Shown: positions 28,840 to 39,160 of the stretch, piece by piece
How positions within the stretch are numbered: position 1 is the stretch's first letter
Layout: each line of letters starts with the position of its first letter
Assembly (NCBI GenBank): GCA_964568795.1
Contig: CAZMRQ010000001.1
Span: 1,953 to 65,952, forward strand
DNA: 64,000 nucleotides
Reading direction: 5' to 3'
Source of the DNA: an uncultured Gammaproteobacteria bacterium
GTDB lineage: Bacteria; Pseudomonadota; Gammaproteobacteria; Comchoanobacterales; Comchoanobacteraceae
Notes under the pieces: model-generated
What the model saw: only the letters and a program-made list of their open reading frames with translations
Databases searched by the model: none
What the model was told of the DNA's origin: nothing
Position numbers and translations under genes: made by a program

Positions 28840-29483
28840 AACAGTTTGAAAAGATTATCAAGTATAGCTTTCAGAAAAAAGACCTTTTGCAGCAAGCTTT
28901 GACTCATAAGAGCTTTGGCTCACCTCATTATGAGAGGCTGGAATTTCTAGGGGATAGTTTATTAAATACGTGGGTGAGTATTTGGCTGATGCGCTTATTT
29001 CCTCATTTGTCTGAAGGAAGATTGTCGTTAATGCGTGCGTCCATTATCTCTCGAAAAACACTAGCTGAGCTAGGAAATAAGTGGAATGCTATGACTTATT
29101 GCAGGCAGTCTTTGCCCAAGAGTCATCAAAAAAATGCCAAGAGCGGAATTGCAGCTGATTGTGTGGAGTCAGTCACAGCTGCTGTGTATTTAGATTCAGA
29201 TTGGCAAACATGCGGGCAATTTTTATGGTGCTGGTTTGAAAAGATGTGTCATAATGCGCATCATGCAAAGTTACATGATAAAACAGCACTGCAGCAATGG
29301 TGCCAGAAAAGGTCTCTTTCTTTGCCTGAGTACTCCAGTAAGCCATTGGCGCAGGGATTTGAGGTTGTCTGCGCTATAGAAGGCATCTCTCATAAAGTCA
29401 AAGAACACGGATCGAGTAAACGGGAAGCAGAGCTACTCGCCGCTAAAGGAATGAGGCTCTGGTTGGAGAAACACAAGTGTTAA
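28830..29483 (+). CDS. rnc: Ribonuclease III
   Basis: 'ERLEFLGDSLLN' signature, 'AADCVESVTAAVYLDSD' and a C-terminal dsRBD. Starts at GTG 28830, overlapping lepB. Confidence 0.93.
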   Translation: MDLEQFEKIIKYSFQKKDLLQQALTHKSFGSPHYERLEFLGDSLLNTWVSIWLMRLFPHLSEGRLSLMRASIISRKTLAELGNKWNAMTYCRQSLPKSHQKNAKSGIAADCVESVTAAVYLDSDWQTCGQFLWCWFEKMCHNAHHAKLHDKTALQQWCQKRSLSLPEYSSKPLAQGFEVVCAIEGISHKVKEHGSSKREAELLAAKGMRLWLEKHKC

Positions 29484-30322
29484 AAACCTGTGCGCTGGTC
29501 GGGCGTCCGAATGTCGGGAAATCAACGTTACTGAATGCTTGGATTAATAAGCCGTTAGCTATTGTATCATCGAAGCCACAAACAACATGGTATGAAGTGG
29601 AGGGTGTTGCGAAGCTAGGCCCTGACTCATGGCTGATTGTTGACACGCCAGGCTTGCATAGCACCTATCACCGTGCGCAAAACAAACAAATGAACCGCAT
29701 CGCAAAATCTGTCATGGATATGCAGGATGCCATCCTTATGTTGGTTCGATGTGGGCAGTGGACAGAGATGGATCAATGGGTGTGTGATCAATTGGCACAC
29801 TTTGATAAGCCAAAGATATGTGTCGTTAATCAGATAGACCGTATGCCAGGAAAAGTGGTTGATTTTTTTCAAGATATTCCATCTGGCCTGTTTCAAGATG
29901 TGGTTCCTATCTCTGCATTAAAAAAGACAAATTTAGACCTATTAGCTGTTTCTATGAATCAGCTACCTATCCAGCCCCATGAGGAGCAAGTAGAGCAGCC
30001 ATCAATCAAGTTCCTAGCTCAGGAAATGGTTCGTGAGCAAATTATGCGCTACACTCACAAAGAAATACCTTATTCAGTAGAAGTAGAGGTTTTCATGGTG
30101 CAAACAATCAAGGAGGCGTGTCATATTGAGGTGAAGTTGCATGTGGTGCATCAAAGCCAGAAGAAGGTCCTAGTAGGCAGCCAAGGACAAATGATTAAGC
30201 GAATTGGCATTGGCGCAAGACACCGTCTGCAAGATATTCTGGACACGCCAGTGGTGCTAAAATTGTGGGTATCTATTAGCAAAAACAAGCAAAGAAGGGC
30301 AGGAGACTCTCATGGTCGTTGA
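29477..30322 (+). CDS. era: GTPase Era
   Basis: 'GRPNVGKSTLLN' (G1), 'DTPG' (G3), 'NQID' (G4-like) and a C-terminal KH region 'GSQGQMIKRIG'. Follows rnc. Confidence 0.9.
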   Translation: MLKTCALVGRPNVGKSTLLNAWINKPLAIVSSKPQTTWYEVEGVAKLGPDSWLIVDTPGLHSTYHRAQNKQMNRIAKSVMDMQDAILMLVRCGQWTEMDQWVCDQLAHFDKPKICVVNQIDRMPGKVVDFFQDIPSGLFQDVVPISALKKTNLDLLAVSMNQLPIQPHEEQVEQPSIKFLAQEMVREQIMRYTHKEIPYSVEVEVFMVQTIKEACHIEVKLHVVHQSQKKVLVGSQGQMIKRIGIGARHRLQDILDTPVVLKLWVSISKNKQRRAGDSHGR

Positions 30323-31616
30323 GAACAGAGTCTACCACAAAGTCATGTCTTTGACTCTTTTGTCTGTGCTGGCTGCTTTTTTCACTTATCAGGTTGATGC
30401 ATGGGTAGGGAAGAATTTGGGGGCAGTAGTTTACGGTGATTTCAAGGTGGTCGTGAGGGTTTTTCACTTAGTGGGCCATATTGGTTTATTGGGTCAGGAC
30501 ACAATGATGATCATGCAGGCCAGTCAGTATAATAAGAAGAAAGAATGGGCGCTTTTTCGAGGACTTTTTGTATGGATACAACGAACGTACACGTGGCGGA
30601 TGCTTGCCTTTTATGGTGTTCTTTTAGCAGTGAAGTGTGTCTATGATTTTAATCCAAAGTTTTTTTATCACCTCCTTAATTCGCTGGATCATCCTGGCTT
30701 TAGCCATTCTATGATATTTATATTATCTGCAGTGCCTTTTTTGGTGGCAGCAACATTATTTGAGAAATTTTTTATTTTTAGACGATTCTTTTATTTAGCA
30801 CTTGCACCCAAGTCATTTTTTCTTCCACTGATATACCTGTTTTATGCTTACATATTTTCCATTGACTGGAATTTAGAAACAGCAGTGCATCTTTACGGTT
30901 ATGCCTTTATCACCATTGCATTGTTTGATGCGGTGGTATATTGGCGACTCAAATTGCCAACGAACAAAAGTCATGTCATTAAAAGCAAGTCTTGGTGGCA
31001 TATTAGTTTACAATTTTATTCAACCAGTTTATTGGTCACTTCAGGGCGTTCAGTCACACTATTCTTATTGGAATTTTTAGGTGTCGATGAAGCAGCTGTG
31101 GGGTACTTTGCTGCTATTTCTGCGATTATTGCTATTTTTCATCTTATAGTGAAGCCTGTCGAGAGTTTCTTGCGTCCATATATTAGTCAATTACTGCAAG
31201 ATGAACCGAAAGATTTTCGCCATATATTAGCTCGGTGTAATGTCATTCGTTATGGGTTGTGTTCGGTTCTTTATGCCATTATTTTATTGAGCCCTTCTTT
31301 TATTTTATCATTTTATGGCAAGACTTTTTTGCCGGCTGTCAAACCACTGCTATTTGCTGCAACATGTTTTTATATTTATACTTTGGGTCAGCCAAATATA
31401 GACTTGCTGTCTTATGCAGGTTATCAAAAAGACAGCATGCAGTGTGTGTGGGGGCAACTTATATGCTCGGTTTTTTTAGCTGTTGTTTTGATTCCTAAAA
31501 TAGGCATATGGGGGGCTGTTTTGGCTGATGGCTTGACAATGATTTTGTTAGTTGTTCTTGCAGGCATAATAGCTAAGAAGAGACTTGGGAGGCAGGCATG
31601 GTTTGTCCTGAAATAG
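30312..31616 (+). CDS. Polytopic membrane protein, MOP/Wzx-like (polysaccharide or lipid-linked oligosaccharide flippase family)
   Basis: About 12 hydrophobic segments, with a C-terminal half resembling Wzx/RfbX-type proteins. It occupies the position where recO usually follows era. Confidence 0.45.
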   Translation: MVVENRVYHKVMSLTLLSVLAAFFTYQVDAWVGKNLGAVVYGDFKVVVRVFHLVGHIGLLGQDTMMIMQASQYNKKKEWALFRGLFVWIQRTYTWRMLAFYGVLLAVKCVYDFNPKFFYHLLNSLDHPGFSHSMIFILSAVPFLVAATLFEKFFIFRRFFYLALAPKSFFLPLIYLFYAYIFSIDWNLETAVHLYGYAFITIALFDAVVYWRLKLPTNKSHVIKSKSWWHISLQFYSTSLLVTSGRSVTLFLLEFLGVDEAAVGYFAAISAIIAIFHLIVKPVESFLRPYISQLLQDEPKDFRHILARCNVIRYGLCSVLYAIILLSPSFILSFYGKTFLPAVKPLLFAATCFYIYTLGQPNIDLLSYAGYQKDSMQCVWGQLICSVFLAVVLIPKIGIWGAVLADGLTMILLVVLAGIIAKKRLGRQAWFVLK

Positions 31617-31876
31617 GCCTGCATTGGTCTGATTTGGTTGGTTTTATTGGTTTTTTTCTTCTTATTTCTTCTTACTTTTTTCTTCAGCAGAAGTGGTTGA
31701 TGCAAGACAGTTTTACTTACTCTTTCATCAATCTTCTGGTGGCAATTTTCATTGGGGTCAGTCTGATCTATCGGCCGAATTATGTGAGTATTACTGTCGA
31801 GATATTTTGGGGTTTGATTAGTCTTTGGGGGTGTTGGAAGAATTGGCCTGGGCAGAAGGTGTCCTTAGTGAAGTGA
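31598..31876 (+). CDS. Small (92-aa) three-TM membrane protein, function unknown
   Basis: The ORF overlaps the upstream gene by 19 nt. Three hydrophobic helices. Its 3' end overlaps the convergent epmB by 59 nt. Confidence 0.5.
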   Translation: MVCPEIGLHWSDLVGFIGFFLLISSYFFLQQKWLMQDSFTYSFINLLVAIFIGVSLIYRPNYVSITVEIFWGLISLWGCWKNWPGQKVSLVK

Positions 31877-32852
31877 TGTGTGTTTTTGATTTCTCTCCAG
31901 GGTATTCTCGCACATACTTGGGGACGAGATAGCCAGGCAGGCGTGATTGCATTTCCTGAGCAATGAATAAACCTTTCTCCATACTGACTTCGAAGTGCGC
32001 CGCACCATGAACGGGGTCTAAATGATGCAGGTAGTATGGTTGGATATGATTGTCAATCAGCTGGTAGCTTAGCTCGCTCAGTATTTTTGCTGAGTCATTG
32101 ATTGAGGCCAATAGAACGCTTTGATTATACAGTCGGGTTCCTCGGTCTTTTAACTTTTTAGCTGCATTCCCTATCAGTGGATGGCATTCCTGTGGATGGT
32201 TTATGTGATAGACCAGAGATAAGCGTGGGCCAAGTGACTCGGCGACAGCAAGTAAACCTTCGTCGATACGACTTGGAATCACAGAGGGAAGCCGTGAATG
32301 GATGCGGAGCAGTTTAACCGAGGGTATAGCCATTAAGTTTTCACACCATAGTTTGATGTTTTCATTACTAAGCATAAGCGGATCGCCACCGCTCATAATG
32401 ACTTCATGAATGCTGTGTTTATTGCAGTAGGCGCTAATCTCATCCATGTTTTTAAGTGAGGCTATCATAGAAGAATAGGGCGCATGCCGTCTAAAACAAT
32501 ATCGGCAGTTAATTGCACAAGCAGCTGACATAATAAGAAGTATTCGGTGTTTATACTTGTGATAAACTCCTGGGATCGGCGTGAACTTAGCTTCCTGAAG
32601 TGGTTCTGTGGTATAGCCATCAGTGAGACTCAGCTCAATTTTCTGGGTCAAAATTTGTTTGAGAAGAGGGTCTTGATGGTTTTTTTTATTGATCAAAGAG
32701 CAGTAGAATTTGGAGGCAACAAATGGGAAGTCACTATTTATATCAATATCATATGGAAGATCGTCTTCTGTTATTTCCAGAAATGACAAGAAAGATTCAA
32801 CTGAGCGAATGGAGTCGCGTAGCTCGTTTTTCCAGTGCATGGTTAGTCGCAC
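31818..32852 (-). CDS. epmB: EF-P beta-lysylation protein EpmB (lysine 2,3-aminomutase-like radical SAM enzyme)
   Basis: Radical-SAM cluster 'CAINCRYCFRR', 'SGGDPL', 'LRIHSRLP'. 344 aa, in the efp neighbourhood. Confidence 0.9.
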   Translation of the reverse strand: MRLTMHWKNELRDSIRSVESFLSFLEITEDDLPYDIDINSDFPFVASKFYCSLINKKNHQDPLLKQILTQKIELSLTDGYTTEPLQEAKFTPIPGVYHKYKHRILLIMSAACAINCRYCFRRHAPYSSMIASLKNMDEISAYCNKHSIHEVIMSGGDPLMLSNENIKLWCENLMAIPSVKLLRIHSRLPSVIPSRIDEGLLAVAESLGPRLSLVYHINHPQECHPLIGNAAKKLKDRGTRLYNQSVLLASINDSAKILSELSYQLIDNHIQPYYLHHLDPVHGAAHFEVSMEKGLFIAQEMQSRLPGYLVPKYVREYPGEKSKTHITSLRTPSAQANSSNTPKD

Positions 32853-32929
32853 TCCTCATGTTCAACTGTATAGGCAATAAATTTGACTTCATTCATGATT
32901 TATATTAGAATGGTACTAGGTGAACAAGG

Positions 32930-34264
32930 ATGTTGCAAATGAAAAAGTTCCCTTATGCGGCCAGACTCAATCTGACTGATTTTGAAGAGAGCAGTCATTT
33001 TCCAGAAAATGGAATGCCAGAAAAATCAGTGATGGTTGCTATTAGAGAAATGGTTAATTGTGATTCGAGGCCGTCTCATAATTTAGCTAGTTTTGTGACT
33101 ACATTTATGCCTGATTCTGCAAATCAACTCATTCAGTCGACATTGAATATTAATTTAGCAGACAGAGATGAATACCCTCATACAATGAAGCTAGAAGAAA
33201 ACTGTGTTGATGCATTATCAGAAATTTTCCATGGCCCTGAGAAAGGGGTGGGGACAAGCACAGTCGGTTCCTCGGAAGCAATGATGTTGGCTGGCTTGGC
33301 CATGAAGAGAAAATGGCAGCTAAAAAACCCGAAATCAACGAAAAAGCCTAATTTAGTTATGGGCAGCAATGTCCAGGTGTGTTGGGAGAAATTCGCAAAT
33401 TATTTTGATGTGGAGCCGCGTTATGTGCCTATGCAAGAAGACAGTTATGTTATCCATCCAGAGGCAGTGAGAGAGCTCATTGATGATGCCACCATCGGTG
33501 TTTGTGTGATTATTGGCACAACCTACACCGGGCAGTTTGAGCCTCTTAAATCAGTCGCGAAGATGCTGGATGATTATGAGAAAGAAACAGGGCACTCTAT
33601 CCCCATTCATTTAGATGGTGCAAGTGGAGGATTAATAGCAGCTTTCTTATATCCAGAAAAGAAATTAGACTTTCGCAATAAACGTGTTGTTTCCATTAAT
33701 ATATCAGGGCATAAGTATGGGCTGGTCTATCCTGGATGTGGCTGGGTGATTTGGGGTGATCAATCATACTTGCCCGAAGATTTGATTTTTTATGTCAATT
33801 ACTTAGGAGGAAATCACCCCACTTTTAATCTCAATTTTTCAAGACCGGCTGCTTTCATGATTGCCCAGTACTTTAACTTCATATCTTTGGGGCGTTCAGG
33901 CTACCATAATGTTTTTAAAACATTGCAGTATGTGGCGCATAATCTGGCAGAAAAAATAGCCAGTCACGGTGATTTTAATATATTGTCAGATAAAGAGGGT
34001 GTGCCACTTGTTGTGTGGGAAGTTAAAGAGAATGCAGGCTATACGGTTTACCAAGTATCAGATGAACTTCGGAAATATCGCTGGGTTGTCCCGGCTTACA
34101 AGATGCCAACAGGGTGCAGTAAAGATGTGCTTCGTGTTGTTGTGCGCGAATCATTTTCATTGGAGGTTATGGACGGGTTTTATAATGATTTAATGAGAGC
34201 TATTCACACGCTGAAAGGCCGAAGTACTGATGAAAGTCAGAACAAGGCATCAGTGCGCTGTTAA
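32930..34264 (+). CDS. gad: Glutamate decarboxylase (group II PLP-dependent decarboxylase, GadA/B-like)
   Basis: Collinear with recalled E. coli GadB: 'VGSSEAMMLAGLAMKRKW', 'KPNLVMGSNVQVCWEKFANYFDVE', 'HLDGASGG', 'SINISGHKYGLVYPGCGWVIW' (PLP lysine) and 'NFSRPAA'. Confidence 0.85.
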   Translation: MLQMKKFPYAARLNLTDFEESSHFPENGMPEKSVMVAIREMVNCDSRPSHNLASFVTTFMPDSANQLIQSTLNINLADRDEYPHTMKLEENCVDALSEIFHGPEKGVGTSTVGSSEAMMLAGLAMKRKWQLKNPKSTKKPNLVMGSNVQVCWEKFANYFDVEPRYVPMQEDSYVIHPEAVRELIDDATIGVCVIIGTTYTGQFEPLKSVAKMLDDYEKETGHSIPIHLDGASGGLIAAFLYPEKKLDFRNKRVVSINISGHKYGLVYPGCGWVIWGDQSYLPEDLIFYVNYLGGNHPTFNLNFSRPAAFMIAQYFNFISLGRSGYHNVFKTLQYVAHNLAEKIASHGDFNILSDKEGVPLVVWEVKENAGYTVYQVSDELRKYRWVVPAYKMPTGCSKDVLRVVVRESFSLEVMDGFYNDLMRAIHTLKGRSTDESQNKASVRC

Positions 34265-34324
34265 TCATTTATTGACAATAAATACTTTTCATGTTCCACT
34301 CATTTACACAAACGGGTGAAAATT

Positions 34325-34894
34325 ATGAGTCATATAGGGTGCAAGGATATTCGTGGGGGCACCAAACTATTGATTGATCAAGTTCCTTGGGTGGTGATTG
34401 ACAATATATTTGTTAAACCTGGGAAAGGACAAGCGTTTAACCGAATTAAGATGCGGCAAGTTATGACTGGGCGTATTGTTGAGCGTACATATAAGTCAGG
34501 TGAGTCAATTCAATTAGCTGACGTGATAGAGAGAGACTTATCTTTTTTATACGCAGATGGGGAAGACTTGGTGTTTATGGACCCACAGTCGTTTGATCAA
34601 ATCCATGTGGCCAATCAAGTTGTTGCTGGCTCACGTAAATGGCTGCGTGAACAAGACATGTGTGTGATTACATTTTGGGATGAACAGGCCATTGCTGTAT
34701 TGCCACCAATATTTGTAGAGTTAAAAGTAGTTGAGGCTGAGCCGAATGTCAAAGGTGATACCGTCTCAGGTGCTAATAAGAATGCAGTTGTCGAAACGGG
34801 TGCCTCCATTCGGGTGCCGATGTTTGTAGAAGCAGGTGATACCATTAAGATTGATACAAGAAGTGAAGAATATATCAGCCGAATCAAAGACTAG
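34325..34894 (+). CDS. efp: Elongation factor P
   Basis: 'FVKPGKGQAFNRIKMRQVMTG' carries the modifiable Lys in the KPGKGQA loop. 189 aa from ATG 34325. Confidence 0.95.
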   Translation: MSHIGCKDIRGGTKLLIDQVPWVVIDNIFVKPGKGQAFNRIKMRQVMTGRIVERTYKSGESIQLADVIERDLSFLYADGEDLVFMDPQSFDQIHVANQVVAGSRKWLREQDMCVITFWDEQAIAVLPPIFVELKVVEAEPNVKGDTVSGANKNAVVETGASIRVPMFVEAGDTIKIDTRSEEYISRIKD

Positions 34895-35774
34895 AAAAGA
34901 GTTAGTACGGATACAGGATTTTCTTGATCGTATCCGGCAATGGATGAGAGATCATTCACTGCTTGAAGTCATGACTAAGCCGATACGTATCGGTGCTACT
35001 AATGAGCCAGGAATTGAAAGTTTTAAGGTGACTGGCACACATTTTTCTGGTTGGTTACAAAGTTCACCAGAATTGGCAATGAAGACTCTGTTAGCCCAGG
35101 GAAGCGGTGATGTGTTTCAGATTACTCCAGCATTTAGAGATGACCTAAATAGCTCTTGGCATCAGTCCTGTTTTATCATGTTGGAGTGGTATAGATTAGG
35201 GATGTCCATGATGGATCTTATAGCTGAGACAGCAGAGTTCATGTGTTTCCTGCATGAATATCCGTGGGCATCTGTTGACATTGTGTATGAGCTGGAGGAG
35301 CAGTTTGGTCTCAATAGCCACTCTACTCTTAAGGAATATCAGGCATGTACTCGCCAGTTGGGACTAGCTAGCACATCGGCCTCATTGAATGATTGCCTTG
35401 ATTTTCTTATAGATCAAATTGTGAGAAAGATGTCTAAGCACAATCATTGGATGGTTTTTTATCGCTACCCGCCTACACAAGCAACGTTGGCTGAGGTTGA
35501 TTCCAAATGTGCTTTGAGATTTGAATGGTTTTTAAATGGCATTGAGTTAGGGCATGGCTACCAAGAGCTCGTGAATAGTGCCGAGCAGAAAAAGCGTTTT
35601 AAGCAGTGGTCAGAGACAAGAGATGAGTTGAATATGAAGCAGGTGGACATTGACTATGAGTTCCTTTCTTGTTTGGATGCGTGCTCTGCGATGTCTGGTG
35701 TCGCTTTTGGCCTTGATCGACTTTTTTCGGTTTTAGAGAAAAGCAAGACATGCCATTGGATACAGAAAGCCTAA
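34836..35774 (+). CDS. epmA: EF-P-lysine lysyltransferase EpmA (PoxA/GenX, class II LysRS paralog)
   Basis: Collinear with recalled E. coli EpmA: 'LLEVMTKP', 'LQSSPELAMKTLLAQGSGDVFQITPAFRDD', 'FIMLEWY', 'RFEWFLNGIELGHGYQEL', 'GVAFGLDRL'. The start is uncertain (ATG 34836, TTG 34851 or GVG-equivalent GTG 34863, all inside the efp 3' end). Confidence 0.88.
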   Translation: MIPLRLIQEVKNISAESKTRKELVRIQDFLDRIRQWMRDHSLLEVMTKPIRIGATNEPGIESFKVTGTHFSGWLQSSPELAMKTLLAQGSGDVFQITPAFRDDLNSSWHQSCFIMLEWYRLGMSMMDLIAETAEFMCFLHEYPWASVDIVYELEEQFGLNSHSTLKEYQACTRQLGLASTSASLNDCLDFLIDQIVRKMSKHNHWMVFYRYPPTQATLAEVDSKCALRFEWFLNGIELGHGYQELVNSAEQKKRFKQWSETRDELNMKQVDIDYEFLSCLDACSAMSGVAFGLDRLFSVLEKSKTCHWIQKA

Positions 35775-38700
35775 ATAGGGCGAAGGGCACTGTAATCAAT
35801 AGAGGGCGGCGAATTTGGTTGATTGGGTGCTTTCATTGGTGATTGCTTGAGAGCTGATCTTTCTTGTAATGCGGCAGTAGGGATTGAACTCCATTCGTTT
35901 ATCGCCATGGATAAAACCTCGCTAGCTTCTTGGTTATTTCTCCAATCAAACAATTTGATGGTTTTTCTTAAATAGTTGAAAACAGGGGCTATGAGGTAAG
36001 AGCTGATCTTGGTAGTCACTCTGCTTATATAGCCTTTATACTGTTCTCGTGCGAATATTGGATGTAGTCGCGGGTCGTAAGGTCCTTGAGTATTATCAGC
36101 TGTGTGGGCATGGTTATATATTCTTTCCATAGTGGAAGTGTAATTCTTTAGTGTGCTATGGGAATCAAGGTTGTATTGGGAAGGTCTTCTTAATACATTT
36201 TCCCATGTTGGCCAAAGTTTATCTCCAGCTCTGATTAATTCAAGAGCATCAAAGAACACCATTTGAATAGCAAAATTAGCACGGGTTCGAATGATATGCC
36301 TCACGGCAATAGGCCATAGTTCAATAGAAGGATACTGTGTGTATATCTCATGCAGCTGATGATAGGGCGAATCAGGGTGTTGTCCATGAGTAGCTAATGT
36401 TTTAACATACATCTCCTCAGTGCTTGCAGTTACCTTAGAATATAAATAGCGCAATGATCTCATGGTAGAGTGTGAACTTAGTTCACTTTCTTGGCATCTA
36501 CTTATTTTTGATATATGCACTGGACAGCAATTGATGGCCATCATGTCACTGGCGCATGAGCGGAGCAGTTCAACAAATTTGGTGTGAGGGGGCGATGAAA
36601 ATAGTGTATTAATATGAGCAATAGTGGCGCCGATAGGGTTGTCACCGGATAGGGACTTAGATTCGCTGGTAATAAAATCTTTTTTTGATGAAAGCCCTAT
36701 TAGTGTGTCCCTTAATTGGATGAAGTAGTCTACTTGTTGCTTTTTATCCTCTCTTAGAGAAGTGCGCAATATGACTTGGTGAAGAGCGTATCCCAAGCTG
36801 TTGATGTCATCATTTTTCTTAAATTTTTCAGCTTGCGCTAAACTTTCTAAGGTTGGGGGGTTAATCTTAGCGTTTGTGATATAGACGAAACGCCTTGTAT
36901 TTGTATTAAAGATGATACTTTCAATAAGAACAATATCCGCGGCTGTGAGAATGGACTGGCAGTGCCTGGTAGCACATCTAGCTCTAAAAAGATATACCGA
37001 ATCTTCTGTTTCTCGACATGCTTTTTTATAGGAAGCGTTTGTTTCATGAATAAACTCTTCGAGTTTGCTAATAGTACGCAATATCTCTCCATGGCTGCTG
37101 TCAGAAAGGACAGATAGTGCCATCATGTCCTCTTTTCCCAGTTGCGGATGGCGAGCAAGGTCACTTTGGTATTGAGCAAGTAGTCTTGCTATGGTGTCGT
37201 GGGCATCATAGATGCTTTGCTGTGTATCAATAAGCTGAGTCAATTCTTCACCATGAAACGCAAGTATGTATATTAAGTTAAGAATCAGTCTTCGGTTATC
37301 AGGGCTGTCGTCCTGTAGATCAATGCTTTGGTGTATGATGGAGGCCATTTTGGCAAGCAAAGGGGTTTCTTCCTTTTTGAGGTGGTCCATGAGTATTGCA
37401 ATATCATTTTTTCCAGGGCCCTTATAGAGAGAGGAAAGGATTAGCTGTCCTAATTTGGCGGCTAGGGATTCATTATTCTCTAGGTCGGTTTTAAGTAACA
37501 TTTTATCGGGGTAGCCGATATGCAAGTAGTCACGTATAGTTTCTTTGGTTTCAGCTTCCTCTGAGCTTAGAGTTCTATCAGGGTTATACGGGTGATCTTC
37601 GTAAAGACTTACAATGTCATAGTAGCAACCTCTTCGTTGGAGGAATGCAATAGGTTTCTGATGGAAGGAGATAAAGGAGAGATTGGCTGGACTAAAAGAC
37701 CCATGCTCCCTTAGGACTCTTAATATATCCAAGTAAGCAGTGTCGTATAGGCTGACACCAGTATTATCCATAATTCTAGCGAATAACTGAGCAAACTCAA
37801 ATTGCTGTGATCCATTATAGCCTAAGATTTGGAGTAACTCTGAGTATCCGCGGTCTCCATTTTTATAAGATGCATATGCAGCGGGTTTTTTTTCTACCAT
37901 TTCTTCATGAAGTGGGGCTACTGCCCAAGCATGAAGTATCATAAGCAATTCGTCACGGCGGAGCAATGTGACAATTCTATCAGATGGAAAGACGAGAGTT
38001 TTGTGCCTATTTATTTCTTCTAGGTTATTAGACTTTGCTTTTGTTATATATAGTTTTTTTTCTTCTAAAGGAGATTTTGCAGTGCCGATGGATTGGTGAG
38101 ACAGTTGGAGAAGCTCATCAGCGAATTGTATTAACGTAGTATTGCTTTCATTCTCTGCTTTTGCAATATCCTCTACAGTTTCTTGCACTATTTGATGAAG
38201 TTTTTTGTAGGGTCTTTCTTCTTCATCCGGGACAGAGTCGGTTGACTCGCACGTTAGATGTTTGTTATAGGCTATTTCAAAAGATTCATGAGATGAGGAC
38301 GGATTGCGTATCGCAGCAATCATTTGTTCGTGGCATTTTAAGAATGCTAATATTTTCCACTTCTGAGTATAAGTGTGTTTGCCTAGGAGCAGTAGTTCAA
38401 GAAGTATTCTTGAATTATGGACAGCTTGATAGAGCGTTTTGCATTGTGTTAAGAGCTCTTGCGAGGAGGTTTCTGTCAAACTCAACATCTCTTGGGTGAG
38501 GCGGCAGTCGCTATTGACTAAGTTTGCACGCTTGTTTTGTAAATCCTGTCTGTACATTTTGTCGCAATCTTCTTCGGTGTACCCTACATCCTGGTAATCG
38601 ATACATTTTTTTGTGGTGAAGGATCCTGCTTCAAGATCTATTTCGACAATCACCTTTTCTTTTTTATTTCTCGAGTTATCAAGTGTGGCTTGTTTATCAC

Positions 38701-38962
38701 ACCAAGCTTTTGCATGTCCTGTGTACGGGTGTTTATAGAGCAAGCCTTTGGTTTGATCTTTGGTAGATCGCAGGGTTGCAAGACTTTCAATTGCCCCTGT
38801 ATTATATAGAGCAAGGTGGTGATTAACACTTTGTTGTGTATCTCTGGTGAAATCATGGAATGGATAAGGTTCACCGCTGTGGTCGCGGAATAGATAGAGA
38901 GATGGCGGGTGCTCTACCATGAGTTCTTTACTTTTTTCTATCGTCTCTGTGGTCTCACGCAT
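35771..38962 (-). CDS. Orphan 1063-aa protein; candidate effector; distant paralog of the adjacent 882-aa ORF
   Basis: Uninterrupted 3.2-kb ORF with no recognised domain. It shares at least two collinear blocks with 39161..41809 (see findings). The tail is 'PNQPNSPPSIDYSALRPI'. Confidence 0.8.
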   Translation of the reverse strand: MRETTETIEKSKELMVEHPPSLYLFRDHSGEPYPFHDFTRDTQQSVNHHLALYNTGAIESLATLRSTKDQTKGLLYKHPYTGHAKAWCDKQATLDNSRNKKEKVIVEIDLEAGSFTTKKCIDYQDVGYTEEDCDKMYRQDLQNKRANLVNSDCRLTQEMLSLTETSSQELLTQCKTLYQAVHNSRILLELLLLGKHTYTQKWKILAFLKCHEQMIAAIRNPSSSHESFEIAYNKHLTCESTDSVPDEEERPYKKLHQIVQETVEDIAKAENESNTTLIQFADELLQLSHQSIGTAKSPLEEKKLYITKAKSNNLEEINRHKTLVFPSDRIVTLLRRDELLMILHAWAVAPLHEEMVEKKPAAYASYKNGDRGYSELLQILGYNGSQQFEFAQLFARIMDNTGVSLYDTAYLDILRVLREHGSFSPANLSFISFHQKPIAFLQRRGCYYDIVSLYEDHPYNPDRTLSSEEAETKETIRDYLHIGYPDKMLLKTDLENNESLAAKLGQLILSSLYKGPGKNDIAILMDHLKKEETPLLAKMASIIHQSIDLQDDSPDNRRLILNLIYILAFHGEELTQLIDTQQSIYDAHDTIARLLAQYQSDLARHPQLGKEDMMALSVLSDSSHGEILRTISKLEEFIHETNASYKKACRETEDSVYLFRARCATRHCQSILTAADIVLIESIIFNTNTRRFVYITNAKINPPTLESLAQAEKFKKNDDINSLGYALHQVILRTSLREDKKQQVDYFIQLRDTLIGLSSKKDFITSESKSLSGDNPIGATIAHINTLFSSPPHTKFVELLRSCASDMMAINCCPVHISKISRCQESELSSHSTMRSLRYLYSKVTASTEEMYVKTLATHGQHPDSPYHQLHEIYTQYPSIELWPIAVRHIIRTRANFAIQMVFFDALELIRAGDKLWPTWENVLRRPSQYNLDSHSTLKNYTSTMERIYNHAHTADNTQGPYDPRLHPIFAREQYKGYISRVTTKISSYLIAPVFNYLRKTIKLFDWRNNQEASEVLSMAINEWSSIPTAALQERSALKQSPMKAPNQPNSPPSIDYSALRPI

Positions 38963-39160
38963 AATTTTTTACCATTGTGTGGTCACCAGTTATAACATTC
39001 ATCTAAAACCAAGATGGCACAGTTAGGATGCAATATCAACTACAGTAGAGCTGGACATTTTTTTAAGGCATTGTTTTTTATATGGAAAGCAATTTGTGAA
39101 TAGTTGTGCGGCAAGAAGGCCTAAATTTATTGGGTAATTTTGAATGAATAAAGTACTTTA

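Noticed and set aside
35800-36010. Short 'APVF'-containing hydrophobic segment shared by the C-termini of the 1063-aa ('YLIAPVFNYLRK') and 1232-aa ('IYTAPVFVSARL', ~50750..50790) proteins
   Set aside because: Only about 4 identical residues in hydrophobic context. This is too short to distinguish from chance without statistics.
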